Of a stretch of 64,000 bases of DNA, positions 20,312 through 29,788 are shown piece after piece; position 1 is the first letter of the stretch, and every line of letters starts with the position of its first letter. The DNA comes from a virus: IMG/VR virus record IMGVR_UViG_3300037231_000129, positions 1-64,000 of that record, one strand, 5' to 3'. The position numbers and the translations under genes are program-made. Under the pieces are notes generated by a model. The model was given only the letters and a program-made list of their open reading frames with translations. It was not told the DNA's origin and ran no database searches.

Positions 20312-21775
20312 TTATGCGCCGGTGCCTGGAATGTTCCCCTCACGCCGTTGCCGCCTGGCTTCCCGATCGGCGTCGGTCTCCGGATCGGAGCCAGCGCCCG
20401 TGCCCGCCGTAGCCGCATCGCCGATCGTCGCCATCGTGCCGAGATCGCGGCGCTGATCAAGTTCCGAGGCCTGCTCCGGGCTCAGTTTCCTCGACGCGTC
20501 CTTTTGGCTTTGGCTTGTCATCCCGGCGTCCTGATGCTCGCCAGGCGCCGCACCGGCCCTGTCGTCTTCGGCTCTGTCGTAATCGCCAGCGGCGATCCGC
20601 TCCGCTTTCGGTCGATTGGCGTCAAAATCAGCCCGGTCACCCCGATAGCTTTCGCCGAGATCCACCGACCCCGTGCTTGCCATGTCACGCCGATAGCTTT
20701 CGCCGAGATCCACCGACCCCGTGCTTGCCATCGTGTTCGTGTTCGGGATGTCCACCGTGCCGTTGTTCGAGATCCCGCCCGTGTTCGCCGAGGCGCTTCT
20801 CACCTCGCCAACATGATCGTCGATAGAGTCCGTGCTCCTGATCTCCCTTTCACCGTTGTCCGTTCCATCGACATCAGTGTCCTCGCGCTGAACGATGCCC
20901 ACCGATTTGGTCTGCGGGTGCGGATCCGCGATCCGATTGTCCATCGATCTCTTCGCGCGCAGCTGGTCCGCCGGCATGATCGGCGTCGGGCTGTGCAGGG
21001 CGGCCGACGACGCATCCAGAGCTGGGGTCTCCTCGATACCCTCGACGTCCTCAGCATCCTGTGGACCGCTCGCCAAGGCCTCGAAATCCGCCTTGATCTT
21101 GTCGATCGTGTCGCGCGCGGCCGGAACCAGCGTTGCGCCGGCGTCAAGCAGCGCCTGTTCGTAGATGCTGACGATGTGCATCGCCGAGGCTGCCATCTGA
21201 CGCAACTGGAAATACTCGGGCGGCGGCACGAATTTGGCTTTGTCGACGCCATCCTCGGGCACCTCGCGGCCAAGCGTTACCGCCATATTCCGCGATTGAC
21301 GCCGCGCATTCAGATCCCGGAAGAACTGCGCGACAACGGCCAGCTCACCGGTCACTGGATGCGGGAAATCTTGAATCCAGTTGCGGAAATCACCGGTTAT
21401 TTTGCGAAATGCGGAGGTCGCGGCGACCTGCGTCATTTGCGAGGGACTGTTGCGCAGGGTGTCGCTGGTGACCGTCTCATAGGCTGGCGCCGGCATCGCC
21501 AGATCCACGGTTCTCCGACTTTGAGCACCAGGATTGTAGTCGTAGTGCTCGGGTCGCAGGACCATGCCAGCGGGCTGGGCAACGCGAGCCGGTGCAGAAT
21601 AGTCCGCATCGCCCGGGCGGGGCCCGGTGACTACGGCCGCGCGCGCGACGGGATCGGTGACCACCGGTTCACGGGCTTTCGCGCGGTCGTCTTTTGGATC
21701 AACCCCATAGTCACGGCCGTCATTTTGGTCGAGGCTCCCTCCAGCCGGAGGGTCGTCTTGCCTGATATCGGACAT
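20312..21775 (-). CDS. acidic low-complexity hypothetical protein (487 aa)
   Basis: GAGGAG RBS; follows the polyvalent protein gene. Confidence 0.7.
   Translation of the reverse strand: MSDIRQDDPPAGGSLDQNDGRDYGVDPKDDRAKAREPVVTDPVARAAVVTGPRPGDADYSAPARVAQPAGMVLRPEHYDYNPGAQSRRTVDLAMPAPAYETVTSDTLRNSPSQMTQVAATSAFRKITGDFRNWIQDFPHPVTGELAVVAQFFRDLNARRQSRNMAVTLGREVPEDGVDKAKFVPPPEYFQLRQMAASAMHIVSIYEQALLDAGATLVPAARDTIDKIKADFEALASGPQDAEDVEGIEETPALDASSAALHSPTPIMPADQLRAKRSMDNRIADPHPQTKSVGIVQREDTDVDGTDNGEREIRSTDSIDDHVGEVRSASANTGGISNNGTVDIPNTNTMASTGSVDLGESYRRDMASTGSVDLGESYRGDRADFDANRPKAERIAAGDYDRAEDDRAGAAPGEHQDAGMTSQSQKDASRKLSPEQASELDQRRDLGTMATIGDAATAGTGAGSDPETDADREARRQRREGNIPGTGA
20642..20731. repeat. 42-nt direct repeat, 48-nt period (MASTGSVDLGESYR twice)
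   Basis: Direct sequence comparison. Confidence 0.9.
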
Positions 21776-21785
21776 AAGTGTCTCC

Positions 21786-24700
21786 TCATTGTTGCGGGAC
21801 AGACGAGTCAGAAGGCTGATCGCCAGCGGCTTGGTAGAGCGGTGGAGCTGTGTAACGTGTACCCGATGATGCTGCTATGGCAGCTCCTCCTGCGGCCGCG
21901 CCCGCAATCGTTCTCGATGCGGGGCGGATCCCAGCCATTCCGGTCTTACGGGCGAGCTGGGCATGCTGTAACGCGGCTTTCTTGCCGGCGGTCATGGCTT
22001 TGCGAGCAGCGGTTTGCATCAGTGGCGAAGGACTACCGCCGTCGAGAACACGGACGTGCTCGCGGAGTGCCTCGTGCAGGCCATGCCGGTACAGGCTTTG
22101 GGTGGCGCCGCGCACCCCACGGACAGCGCGCCCATGGGTCAGCAGCGCGGCAGCGCCGCCGGCAATAGCCCCGCCGGCGATCGCGCGTGCCATCGGGTGG
22201 TTCGCCAACTCCTCTTTGACCTTCGGCGCCACCAGCGCAGCGCCAGCGCCGGCGCCGACGCCCATGCCGATTTTCAGCTTGGTGCTCGATGAAGCAAAGC
22301 GACGTCCCAGGCTGGCGCCCATGCTGGCGAAGCTCTTCCCAAGTTCGCCTTTGCTGGGGAAATCGGCGCCATATTTGTCGCGCCATTCCTTCTTGCAACT
22401 GGAACATAGACCGGGGCCACCGCAGCGAGCCTTGATTCCGTGCGGATGCGGGGTGACGTGGCCATGGCCGTATGCGCCTCCGAGCGGGATGAACGCCTTT
22501 GTCAGCGGCTTTTTCTCCTTGCCGCGGAACGCCCATGCGCCGGCGGCCGCGAGTCCACCGTAAATCAACGCACCCGGCAGACGCCCGGCGAGCCGGCCTG
22601 CATGGAACGATGGACTGAGCAGGCGCCGGCCGACACCCCGCCGCAACGCGGCTTTCTCGTCTTGCTCAACCAGCGATGCGAAGACGATCCTGTGGCCTTC
22701 CCTGGTATGGCGGATTTTGTCGACGCGGATCTTGCTGCCCGCGCCAAGTGCTACTTCCGCCTGCGGACCCTGAAGCGGATTGGCGCCTTCGACGTCCCAC
22801 ATGTGCGTTTTGTTGTTCAAGCCGCGCAGATGCACCCGCACCTTTTTCTCGCCGGCCTTTGTATTCGCGCCGCCCACTGCCGCCGTTAACCTAGATCCCG
22901 CTCGACTTGCGGGACCTTTCTCTGTTTCCGCGACTTCCTTCGGCGTGCCGGTTTTGCTTGCGTAATCGAAGTGGGTGAAATGGCTTCCAATGCTAGAATC
23001 ACGCGTCCAGGAGTTCGGCGCGTTCATGGTGATGTGGTCGCCTTCCTTGGCATTGAGAAATGCCTCGGCGCCTTTGCCGTGCATCCCGCGCCACAGGTGC
23101 TTCGGTGGCGGCTTTAGAGCCGGAGTGCCAAACAATCCTTTCAGCGCTTCATGCAGGCCAAAAGGATCGTGACGCGGCCTCTTTTCCCCACCAAACCCGG
23201 TGCGCTCGGCGCCGGCTTCGTTGATATGACGGATATTGTCGTGTGATCCGACCATTCCGGCGGCAAATCGCTGCTTGGACGATCCTTCGCCGTAAGCGCC
23301 CTGAACATGGGCATGCACAACGCCCTGACGCCAACCACCCAAAGCCGCCGCTTGCCGCATGCGCCGCACCGTTGGATGAACTCCGAGGAGCCCCTTGGGC
23401 GCAGCCCCGGTGGCTGCACTGTAGGCGTCGCCACCGTAGCGGATGCCGAGCGAACCGCCGGCGATGGCCCCACCGGTCACAGCGCCGATTTTACCGGCGC
23501 TCCACCGGCCGCCCTGGTCACGCTTGTGCTTGGATTCCTCGTAGGCCTTCGCCAGCGGACCGCTGGTGTCGCAATTGTCGGCCCAATGCTTGAAGGTCGA
23601 AAAAGTCATCGTATGCACGGCGTTGCGCCGATCGGGGCCGCGGCCGTCGGAGAACGCCTGGTCATAGGTGGTCACCGCTTGTCCACGGGTGACGAACCCC
23701 AGGAAACTCTTGTGTTCGTCGAACGCCTTGGCGCCATGCGTCTTGTGCTGGTCGATGACGAAAACGGGGTGCTGGTCGGCATGATGCGCGTCGGGGCCGA
23801 GATAGACGTCCAGGTGGTCACCATCGGCGCCGACGGTCTTCTTGATGTAGCCGTAGTGCGCCGGCATGCGGACCGACCAGGCCTTACCGCTAGGGCCGAC
23901 CCCGCGCCGCATCGCGCCCTTCGGTGTCTCGATCGAGATATCGAGGCCGCCAACGAACAGGTGGCCCATGCGATAATTACCGGCCTTGGCTTGCGCGGGG
24001 CTTGGACTCTGTGTGCGCCTGGCGGCCGCGCGGACGTCGGACTCGGTCACCAGCCGCTTGCCGAGAGGTTGACGTTCCACGCCAATCTGTTGACGTTCAA
24101 CACTAATTTGTTCACGTTTTGCGCCGCGCTGTTGACGAATGGCCGGAAATTTCGGGTTTTGTTGACGTTCGTTATTTGCAACAGCCTGCTTCCCCATCGG
24201 CCCGAACTGCCAGCGCTCCTGCCGCGTGACGCCGCCGTTCAGCTGGCGATGCAGATCCCGCTGGGTGTTCAGCCGTAGCCGCAGCGCATTGCGTCGCATG
24301 CGTGGATGAATTGCGCGCTGTAGTTGGCGTTTCGGATCGGTGGTGAAATCCGAGCCCAGCCGGAAGCCGTAATCCATCTTCTCGAGGTCGCCCACGGGCT
24401 GGATCCGGTAGAGTCCAGTGACGTCGTCGTAGACGGTCGAGCCGCCGATCGTCGGCACGCCGAAGTGCGATTCAACCGATGCGGCCTGGTCCGTCATCGA
24501 GGACGCGCCGGAGATCGGTGGCAAGCCGCCAGGCGGCATGGGAATAGCTTTCCCAGCTCTGCCAGCGGCGATCGCCAGCGCCGCGAGCTCCAGCGGGTTG
24601 CTCGGCGCCGATGACTCGCCGCCGGCGCCGGCCGAGGCCTGTGGCGCGGTTCCGAAGCCGCTCATCAGGCTGTAGCTGCTGTAGCGACGACCGAGAGCCT

Positions 24701-25940
24701 GTGCCTGCGGCTGGATCGGCGCCGTCGGCACCTGGCCGGACGTATCCTGGCTGTTGCCCGGCTGCGCCACCGCGGCGCCGGCGATCGGTGGCGTGTTTGT
24801 CAAATGAACAGCCGCCGATCCTTGGGACTTTTCTCCGAAATTTCGGGACTTTTCTCCGAAATTTCGGGGTCGCCCTGGCTTCCCTTTCAAAGGGGCAACG
24901 GGGGGCACGCGAGGCGCTGGCAAAGGCCCACGTGCGCCTGTCGCGGGCGTCGCCGGCGGCCGCGGATGAACATTCGGGCCGCCGGCACCCGGTTCCGACT
25001 GATTTGGCGGGATTGCGCCTGGTTGCGGATGATTTGGCGGCGGCGTCTTCTTGCCGTGCAAATTTGCAAGGTTGAACGCCTTGGTCATCTCCTCGTCGCT
25101 CAGATTGCCGAGGTTCAGCTTGATGAACTGCTCATGCGTGCGCATCCGCATCCGCTCGTGACCCGTCAGCTTGCCGAATTTCTTCTGCCGGTAGAGCGTG
25201 CCGAATTCGTCGCGGAACGGCTGCCAGCTGCCCTTCAAGCCGCCCTGGTTCAGATGGTCGAATACCCGGCGCGCGGCATAGCGCATGAACGGCACCAACG
25301 GCTTGAACTCGGCCTTGGCAGCCTCATCCATGTGCGTGTCGTAGTCGCCCAGGCCCGCCTTGTGCATGGCGCGCAGCGCGGCATGCTTGTAGGCGCGCAC
25401 CACCGTGTCATGGCGCGTGCTTGCCGGAATCAGACCTCTTGCGTGCCCCTGCTCGATCGCGGCCGTCTGGTGGTCGCGCACCACCGCGCCGACCTGGGTG
25501 ACCAGCGCGCGCATCTTCGGATGCTGCTGCGCCATCGCGACCTGGCCCGGGTTGGTGATCACGACGTCCTGGTGTGCACCGCCCTTCGCCCGAGCCAGCG
25601 CGCGCGCCATCGAGCGGCGGCTCAGCGCCGGCAACGCCGCAACGGCGCCGTCCTGGTATGCCTTAGGCAGGTGGAAGGTGAACTTGCCGTTGACACTGCC
25701 TACGGGCGCTTCGGTGGCCCTGGTGTCCCACACGCTCCGCACGCTTGTCGAAGGGCGGCTTTGGCCTTGACGAAACAGCCCAATCGCTTGACGCGAAGGC
25801 GCTCCACTGGATCCCTGTTTAACGCTGGGGGACGTTTCCGCACGGTGGCTTGCATCTCGCCCTGACTCGCCCGATGCGGTCCAGCGGCCTCCCTCGTCCC
25901 GCATTTCGGCTTGCGTCAGGTAGCGTTTGCCGAGAATCAC
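21786..25940 (-). CDS. polyvalent protein with InPase (inorganic pyrophosphatase-like) domain, R-S-E ADP-ribosyltransferase domain and small Cys/His domain
   Basis: InPase: AQAKAGNYRMGH, IETPKG, HYGYIKKTVGADGDHLDVY, FDEHK. ART: LWRG, SWT, QAEV. Also GHGHVTP..KARCGGPGLC. Confidence 0.8.
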   Translation of the reverse strand: MILGKRYLTQAEMRDEGGRWTASGESGRDASHRAETSPSVKQGSSGAPSRQAIGLFRQGQSRPSTSVRSVWDTRATEAPVGSVNGKFTFHLPKAYQDGAVAALPALSRRSMARALARAKGGAHQDVVITNPGQVAMAQQHPKMRALVTQVGAVVRDHQTAAIEQGHARGLIPASTRHDTVVRAYKHAALRAMHKAGLGDYDTHMDEAAKAEFKPLVPFMRYAARRVFDHLNQGGLKGSWQPFRDEFGTLYRQKKFGKLTGHERMRMRTHEQFIKLNLGNLSDEEMTKAFNLANLHGKKTPPPNHPQPGAIPPNQSEPGAGGPNVHPRPPATPATGARGPLPAPRVPPVAPLKGKPGRPRNFGEKSRNFGEKSQGSAAVHLTNTPPIAGAAVAQPGNSQDTSGQVPTAPIQPQAQALGRRYSSYSLMSGFGTAPQASAGAGGESSAPSNPLELAALAIAAGRAGKAIPMPPGGLPPISGASSMTDQAASVESHFGVPTIGGSTVYDDVTGLYRIQPVGDLEKMDYGFRLGSDFTTDPKRQLQRAIHPRMRRNALRLRLNTQRDLHRQLNGGVTRQERWQFGPMGKQAVANNERQQNPKFPAIRQQRGAKREQISVERQQIGVERQPLGKRLVTESDVRAAARRTQSPSPAQAKAGNYRMGHLFVGGLDISIETPKGAMRRGVGPSGKAWSVRMPAHYGYIKKTVGADGDHLDVYLGPDAHHADQHPVFVIDQHKTHGAKAFDEHKSFLGFVTRGQAVTTYDQAFSDGRGPDRRNAVHTMTFSTFKHWADNCDTSGPLAKAYEESKHKRDQGGRWSAGKIGAVTGGAIAGGSLGIRYGGDAYSAATGAAPKGLLGVHPTVRRMRQAAALGGWRQGVVHAHVQGAYGEGSSKQRFAAGMVGSHDNIRHINEAGAERTGFGGEKRPRHDPFGLHEALKGLFGTPALKPPPKHLWRGMHGKGAEAFLNAKEGDHITMNAPNSWTRDSSIGSHFTHFDYASKTGTPKEVAETEKGPASRAGSRLTAAVGGANTKAGEKKVRVHLRGLNNKTHMWDVEGANPLQGPQAEVALGAGSKIRVDKIRHTREGHRIVFASLVEQDEKAALRRGVGRRLLSPSFHAGRLAGRLPGALIYGGLAAAGAWAFRGKEKKPLTKAFIPLGGAYGHGHVTPHPHGIKARCGGPGLCSSCKKEWRDKYGADFPSKGELGKSFASMGASLGRRFASSSTKLKIGMGVGAGAGAALVAPKVKEELANHPMARAIAGGAIAGGAAALLTHGRAVRGVRGATQSLYRHGLHEALREHVRVLDGGSPSPLMQTAARKAMTAGKKAALQHAQLARKTGMAGIRPASRTIAGAAAGGAAIAASSGTRYTAPPLYQAAGDQPSDSSVPQQ
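24824..24865. repeat. 21-nt tandem duplication (RNFGEKS twice)
   Basis: GGGACTTTTCTCCGAAATTTC repeated twice. Confidence 0.9.
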
Positions 25941-26410
25941 GGGTTTTTCCTTATCTCAGTGAACAAGGTGTCCAGGCTTTGGCGGATCTGCGCCGACACT
26001 CCTCCGGGATCATCGGAAATTACGTGCAGGCGCATTCGCGAGTTAACCCGGCGCGCGCTCTCCTGCAGGATCACGTCGCGTAGACAGGCCATCGTGATGA
26101 CCAGGTCGCGAGGATCAACCATGCCGAGCAGGATCATGGCTTCGCGGGCACGGTGCAACGCCGCCTGGATTTCAGGGTCCGGATAGGCGACCAGGCGCAA
26201 CATAATGCCTAATCCGCGCAATCGGACGTTCATGTCCCGATCGCCGTAGTCGAGCGAGACCATCGTCTCGCTGGCATGCGCCGAACGCGCGAAATAGCCC
26301 GGATCGTTGGTTCGAATTTGGCGCACGATGTTGGCGATCTCGCTGTCATTCTCTTTCGTATCGAGAGATTCCAGCAGGCGCGGCAGCAGCCGGGCGACAT
26401 GGTCGCTCAT
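25937..26410 (-). CDS. hypothetical protein
   Basis: Coupled at both ends. Confidence 0.6.
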   Translation of the reverse strand: MSDHVARLLPRLLESLDTKENDSEIANIVRQIRTNDPGYFARSAHASETMVSLDYGDRDMNVRLRGLGIMLRLVAYPDPEIQAALHRAREAMILLGMVDPRDLVITMACLRDVILQESARRVNSRMRLHVISDDPGGVSAQIRQSLDTLFTEIRKNP

Positions 26411-26610
26411 CTGTAATCCTTGGCGTCTATCAGCATTTCTGTCGGAGAAATGCCCATGACCACGCTTCTGAGGGCCAACCCGCACAGATTACGCTGGGCG
26501 TCTACCACGAGCGCCGCATCTTCCTCGGGAAACGGGAAATCAGCGAGCATTCGAATAACAAGCGGATCCTGCCACAGCGGTCCTCCCCACCGGAGATCGC
26601 GGTCGCTCAT
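26407..26610 (-). CDS. hypothetical protein
   Basis: ATGA coupling. Confidence 0.5.
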   Translation of the reverse strand: MSDRDLRWGGPLWQDPLVIRMLADFPFPEEDAALVVDAQRNLCGLALRSVVMGISPTEMLIDAKDYR

Positions 26611-26906
26611 GTGAAATCCCGCGCCCAGACGCGGATGTTGGGCCTTTCTCCGGGCGCGCATTCATCCTTGTGCGCCAGGCCGATGATCTCACCCTGCTTA
26701 TCGATGATCATGACCACGTCTTCGTAGGCATACGGGAATTTCACCAGCATCCGGCACAGCAGCCGCTCCTGTTCAACCACGGCTCGGTAGAAATGCGAAA
26801 AGACCGGATCGTGCGGCAGTGTTTCCTGATTCGCTGTTTCGTTTGACCATGGAGGCAGCACTGGCAACCCAAGGAATTTGCTGACCTCTGCTTCGAAACG
26901 GGGCAT
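26607..26906 (-). CDS. hypothetical protein
   Basis: Starts immediately after the portal stop. Confidence 0.55.
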   Translation of the reverse strand: MPRFEAEVSKFLGLPVLPPWSNETANQETLPHDPVFSHFYRAVVEQERLLCRMLVKFPYAYEDVVMIIDKQGEIIGLAHKDECAPGERPNIRVWARDFT

Positions 26907-28766
26907 TTACTTTGCTCCCCCCATGCGGGCTGCGAGGACCTTGGCATGCGCCTCGCCCACCTTCAGCGCAGCCTGGACCTTCGGATGAAGGTGGAGCGGC
27001 ACGACGTTGCTGCCGCCGGCGGGTCCGCCGAAGGGTGGTTTGCCAGCGGCAGGCTTGCCGAAGGCCGGTTTACCGGCGGGCCCACCGTTGTCCGGCACCG
27101 AATTACCGGGCGTCGTCTGGCGCTTGATGTTGAGCGGACCGCCCGCCGTGACGCCAGGCGCTTCCGGTGGCGTCGGCGTTACCCCGAGTGCTTCGAGGAC
27201 CTCGGGTGGCAGCCCATTGAGCGGATCGCCATCCTGGCCGCTGCCGAGCAGCTGCGCGGGGTCCTGGCCGGGCATCATCTCGCCGCCGGATCCCATCATC
27301 GGCATCTGTGGCTGCGGCATCCCGGTCAGGTCCCAGCCGTTGGCGATCGCCTTGATCATCGCTGCCACGCTCATGAACCCAAGCGGCCCGATGCCCTGCA
27401 CCACCGGCCCGATACCCAGCGGCTCGATGCCGCGCTCGCTGCGCATGTCGTCGCGCGAGATGATACCGCCCTCCACCAACGGCAGATCCCGCTTTTCCTT
27501 CTCGGCGGGATCCGTCTTCTTAATGTCGTCCCAGACCATCTCAATGTTTTTGAAGCCGAACCAACGAACAATGATGTCGTCGATGATGTTCTTGACCCAC
27601 ATCATCAGTGGTTGCAGGCCTTCGTCTTGCGACTCCTCGTAGGAACTCTCCGAGGTGGCGCGATTCATCATTCTCACCAACGGAGTTGGTGGCAAACTGA
27701 AACAATATTGGACAATTCTAGCTAGCCATTCGTCGAACTGGTCGGTCAGCGCGGTGTCATTCCTCGTCGGAACGAATTGCACGCCGCCAGGAATGAACTT
27801 CAGCTTGCGGCGGTTGACCGCGTCATTGACCACGGTGTCCCAGTGGTCCTGCCACTCCTGAATGCGTTGGGTGCTCCAGTCGGCCGGCACCTGGGCGATC
27901 GCGTCGGGCACGGTGCCGTCGGTGAAATACCCGAGCTGTGAGGCCTGCCGGCGCATGCCGATATTGGCGGTGACGATGACTTGTTCGACGCAGCTGTAGC
28001 CGTATGCCTTGTGAACACGCGGGTTCCGCGGCGCATAGATCAGTTCGTCGGCCGTGTAGTGGACGGCGCCGAGGCCCTTCAGGTTCTGCACATAGGCCGG
28101 TCCGCTCTCCGGGCGCCGGCCGTCGTAACTCAGGATCGGCTTGATCAGCGCGCCGTCCAGCAGCTCGAGCTTGGCGATCTCGCCGCCAACCGTCTTATGG
28201 CAGTAGATCGTCGCCGCATCGATCGAGAGATGTTCCTCGACCAGCATGCGTACCCAGTCAGCCCAGCTGTGCTGGCCGTCCGGCCGGCGCAGGAAACTCT
28301 CGACCTTCTCGCAATCAGGATCGCTTTTCGGCCGCAGCTGCTGGTTCGCCGGCTTCCGCGGCAACACCGAATAGGTGAGCTTCGACATCTGATCCTTGCG
28401 CGTCTCCATCGCGAGACGGATCAGGTCCCAGCCGCCGACAGACGGATCGCAGATCGCGCGCAAGGTGTCGAAGTCGACCGGCTCGTAGGAGCGGGCGCGC
28501 AGCGTGGCGTTGTAATTGGTCGGGTAATCGAAGCGGCGTCCGATCGCGCCCTGGGCGATCGGCGGCATCGGAATGCCAGGCGGGAAAAACGGTAATTCAC
28601 TTGAGCCAGGACCGGTGGTCATCCCGAGCCATGACCGGACGCCCGACGTCACCTGGCGGATGATGCCGGGATCGATCGGTTGGGCGTTGGCATTGGTGCG
28701 GCTGAGACCCGCTACATTCTGCGGTCGACCGTTGTTCCAGCCGTTGGCGGTGACCGCCTTGGCCAT
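26907..28766 (-). CDS. phage portal protein (HK97-like) with Pro/Gly-rich tail
   Basis: ETRKDQ, LELLDGALIKP, YAPRNPR..YGYSCVEQ, YFTDGTVP, DEWLARIVQYCFSLPP, GLQPL. Confidence 0.9.
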   Translation of the reverse strand: MAKAVTANGWNNGRPQNVAGLSRTNANAQPIDPGIIRQVTSGVRSWLGMTTGPGSSELPFFPPGIPMPPIAQGAIGRRFDYPTNYNATLRARSYEPVDFDTLRAICDPSVGGWDLIRLAMETRKDQMSKLTYSVLPRKPANQQLRPKSDPDCEKVESFLRRPDGQHSWADWVRMLVEEHLSIDAATIYCHKTVGGEIAKLELLDGALIKPILSYDGRRPESGPAYVQNLKGLGAVHYTADELIYAPRNPRVHKAYGYSCVEQVIVTANIGMRRQASQLGYFTDGTVPDAIAQVPADWSTQRIQEWQDHWDTVVNDAVNRRKLKFIPGGVQFVPTRNDTALTDQFDEWLARIVQYCFSLPPTPLVRMMNRATSESSYEESQDEGLQPLMMWVKNIIDDIIVRWFGFKNIEMVWDDIKKTDPAEKEKRDLPLVEGGIISRDDMRSERGIEPLGIGPVVQGIGPLGFMSVAAMIKAIANGWDLTGMPQPQMPMMGSGGEMMPGQDPAQLLGSGQDGDPLNGLPPEVLEALGVTPTPPEAPGVTAGGPLNIKRQTTPGNSVPDNGGPAGKPAFGKPAAGKPPFGGPAGGSNVVPLHLHPKVQAALKVGEAHAKVLAARMGGAK

Positions 28767-28767
28767 C

Positions 28768-29043
28768 TCAGTCGAGACCCATCAAGGTTGCCACGGTGCC
28801 CATGTGGAGCATGGATAAGGCGTAGGGATAGTAGACGCCGGCGACCACCGGGAAGCTGACCGGCGGGCCGCCACGCATGTCCTTAAAGGTCGCGACGACA
28901 ACGCCGTCGGTGAGGGCGTGGATGCCGCTGGTGTACGGTTGCGGCTTACCGTTGGATTGCATCGGTCCCTGAATGGTCTGGATATCCGACGGGACCAGCA
29001 GGTAGGCGATGGTTCGCCTGGCACTGTAAAGCGGATCGGGCAT
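28768..29043 (-). CDS. hypothetical protein upstream of portal
   Basis: AGGAG RBS, 91 aa. Confidence 0.65.
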   Translation of the reverse strand: MPDPLYSARRTIAYLLVPSDIQTIQGPMQSNGKPQPYTSGIHALTDGVVVATFKDMRGGPPVSFPVVAGVYYPYALSMLHMGTVATLMGLD

Positions 29044-29058
29044 CTGGATCTCCTGGGG

Positions 29059-29238
29059 TCAGAAACGGCCGCTGCCGAACCCGCCAAACAGCATGAAAAG
29101 CACGATGACCACGACAACGAGGACGAAGCCACCACCCATGTAGTGGGCGCCTCCATAGCCACCGTAGCCTTGGCGATAACTATATGCGCCGCCGCCAAAG
29201 ATCAGGAAAAGCACGACAATCAAAAGGATTACGCCCAT
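29059..29238 (-). CDS. DUF3309-like small two-TM protein (MGVILLIVVLFLIFGGG...)
   Basis: Hand-translated, 59 aa; AAGGAGG RBS. Confidence 0.7.
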   Translation of the reverse strand: MGVILLIVVLFLIFGGGAYSYRQGYGGYGGAHYMGGGFVLVVVVIVLFMLFGGFGSGRF

Positions 29239-29250
29239 GGTCGATCCTCC

Positions 29251-29547
29251 TTAAGGGCCAACACCGTTCTGTGTCATCGCCCAGAGTTCAGCAGCCAGCG
29301 GCTGTGGATCGATTTCGTGTTCAGACCACCATTGAGCCTCGTCGCCTGCTGCTTCGATTATGAGATGATGCGCCCGACAGACCGGCACCGTCCACTGATC
29401 TCCCGATTTCAGGCTGCGCGCGCGGAGTTGTGCGAACTTCAAGTGGTGCGGATCACATGGTTGGCGCCCACAAATGATACAGCGTAGTGTGCTGACGAAC
29501 GTCAGGTGTGCTCTGGACCGGTGGCGCTCGGGATGCGGAGGGATCAT
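29251..29547 (-). CDS. DUF968-like HNH/zinc-binding protein
   Basis: CIICGR..DPHH...K.GDQWTVPVCRAHH; start uncertain. Confidence 0.75.
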   Translation of the reverse strand: MIPPHPERHRSRAHLTFVSTLRCIICGRQPCDPHHLKFAQLRARSLKSGDQWTVPVCRAHHLIIEAAGDEAQWWSEHEIDPQPLAAELWAMTQNGVGP

Positions 29548-29788
29548 GAAAACCGCTGACTGGAACAAAGATGGCTATGACATGCGGGCCTGCTACGACG
29601 AAGAATCCCAGATCCTGATCATGGGGCTCGTGCCGCAGGGACGGCGCAGATTCCCACAAGGCTATGCTTTTCCCCGTTACACTGGACCTGGTGGTCGCTC
29701 GGAGTATGGCATCGACCTGGCGGCCGCCACGGCGATCATCGTCGAGCAGGGCGGAGCCTGGAATGAACAGGGAAGAGAGCCAGCATGA
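29546..29788 (+). CDS. hypothetical protein
   Basis: GGAGGG RBS before ATG. Confidence 0.55.
   Translation: MKTADWNKDGYDMRACYDEESQILIMGLVPQGRRRFPQGYAFPRYTGPGGRSEYGIDLAAATAIIVEQGGAWNEQGREPA

Noticed and set aside
20246-22168. 640-aa plus-strand ORF
   Set aside because: Antisense to two minus-strand genes with good RBS; Arg-rich shadow composition.
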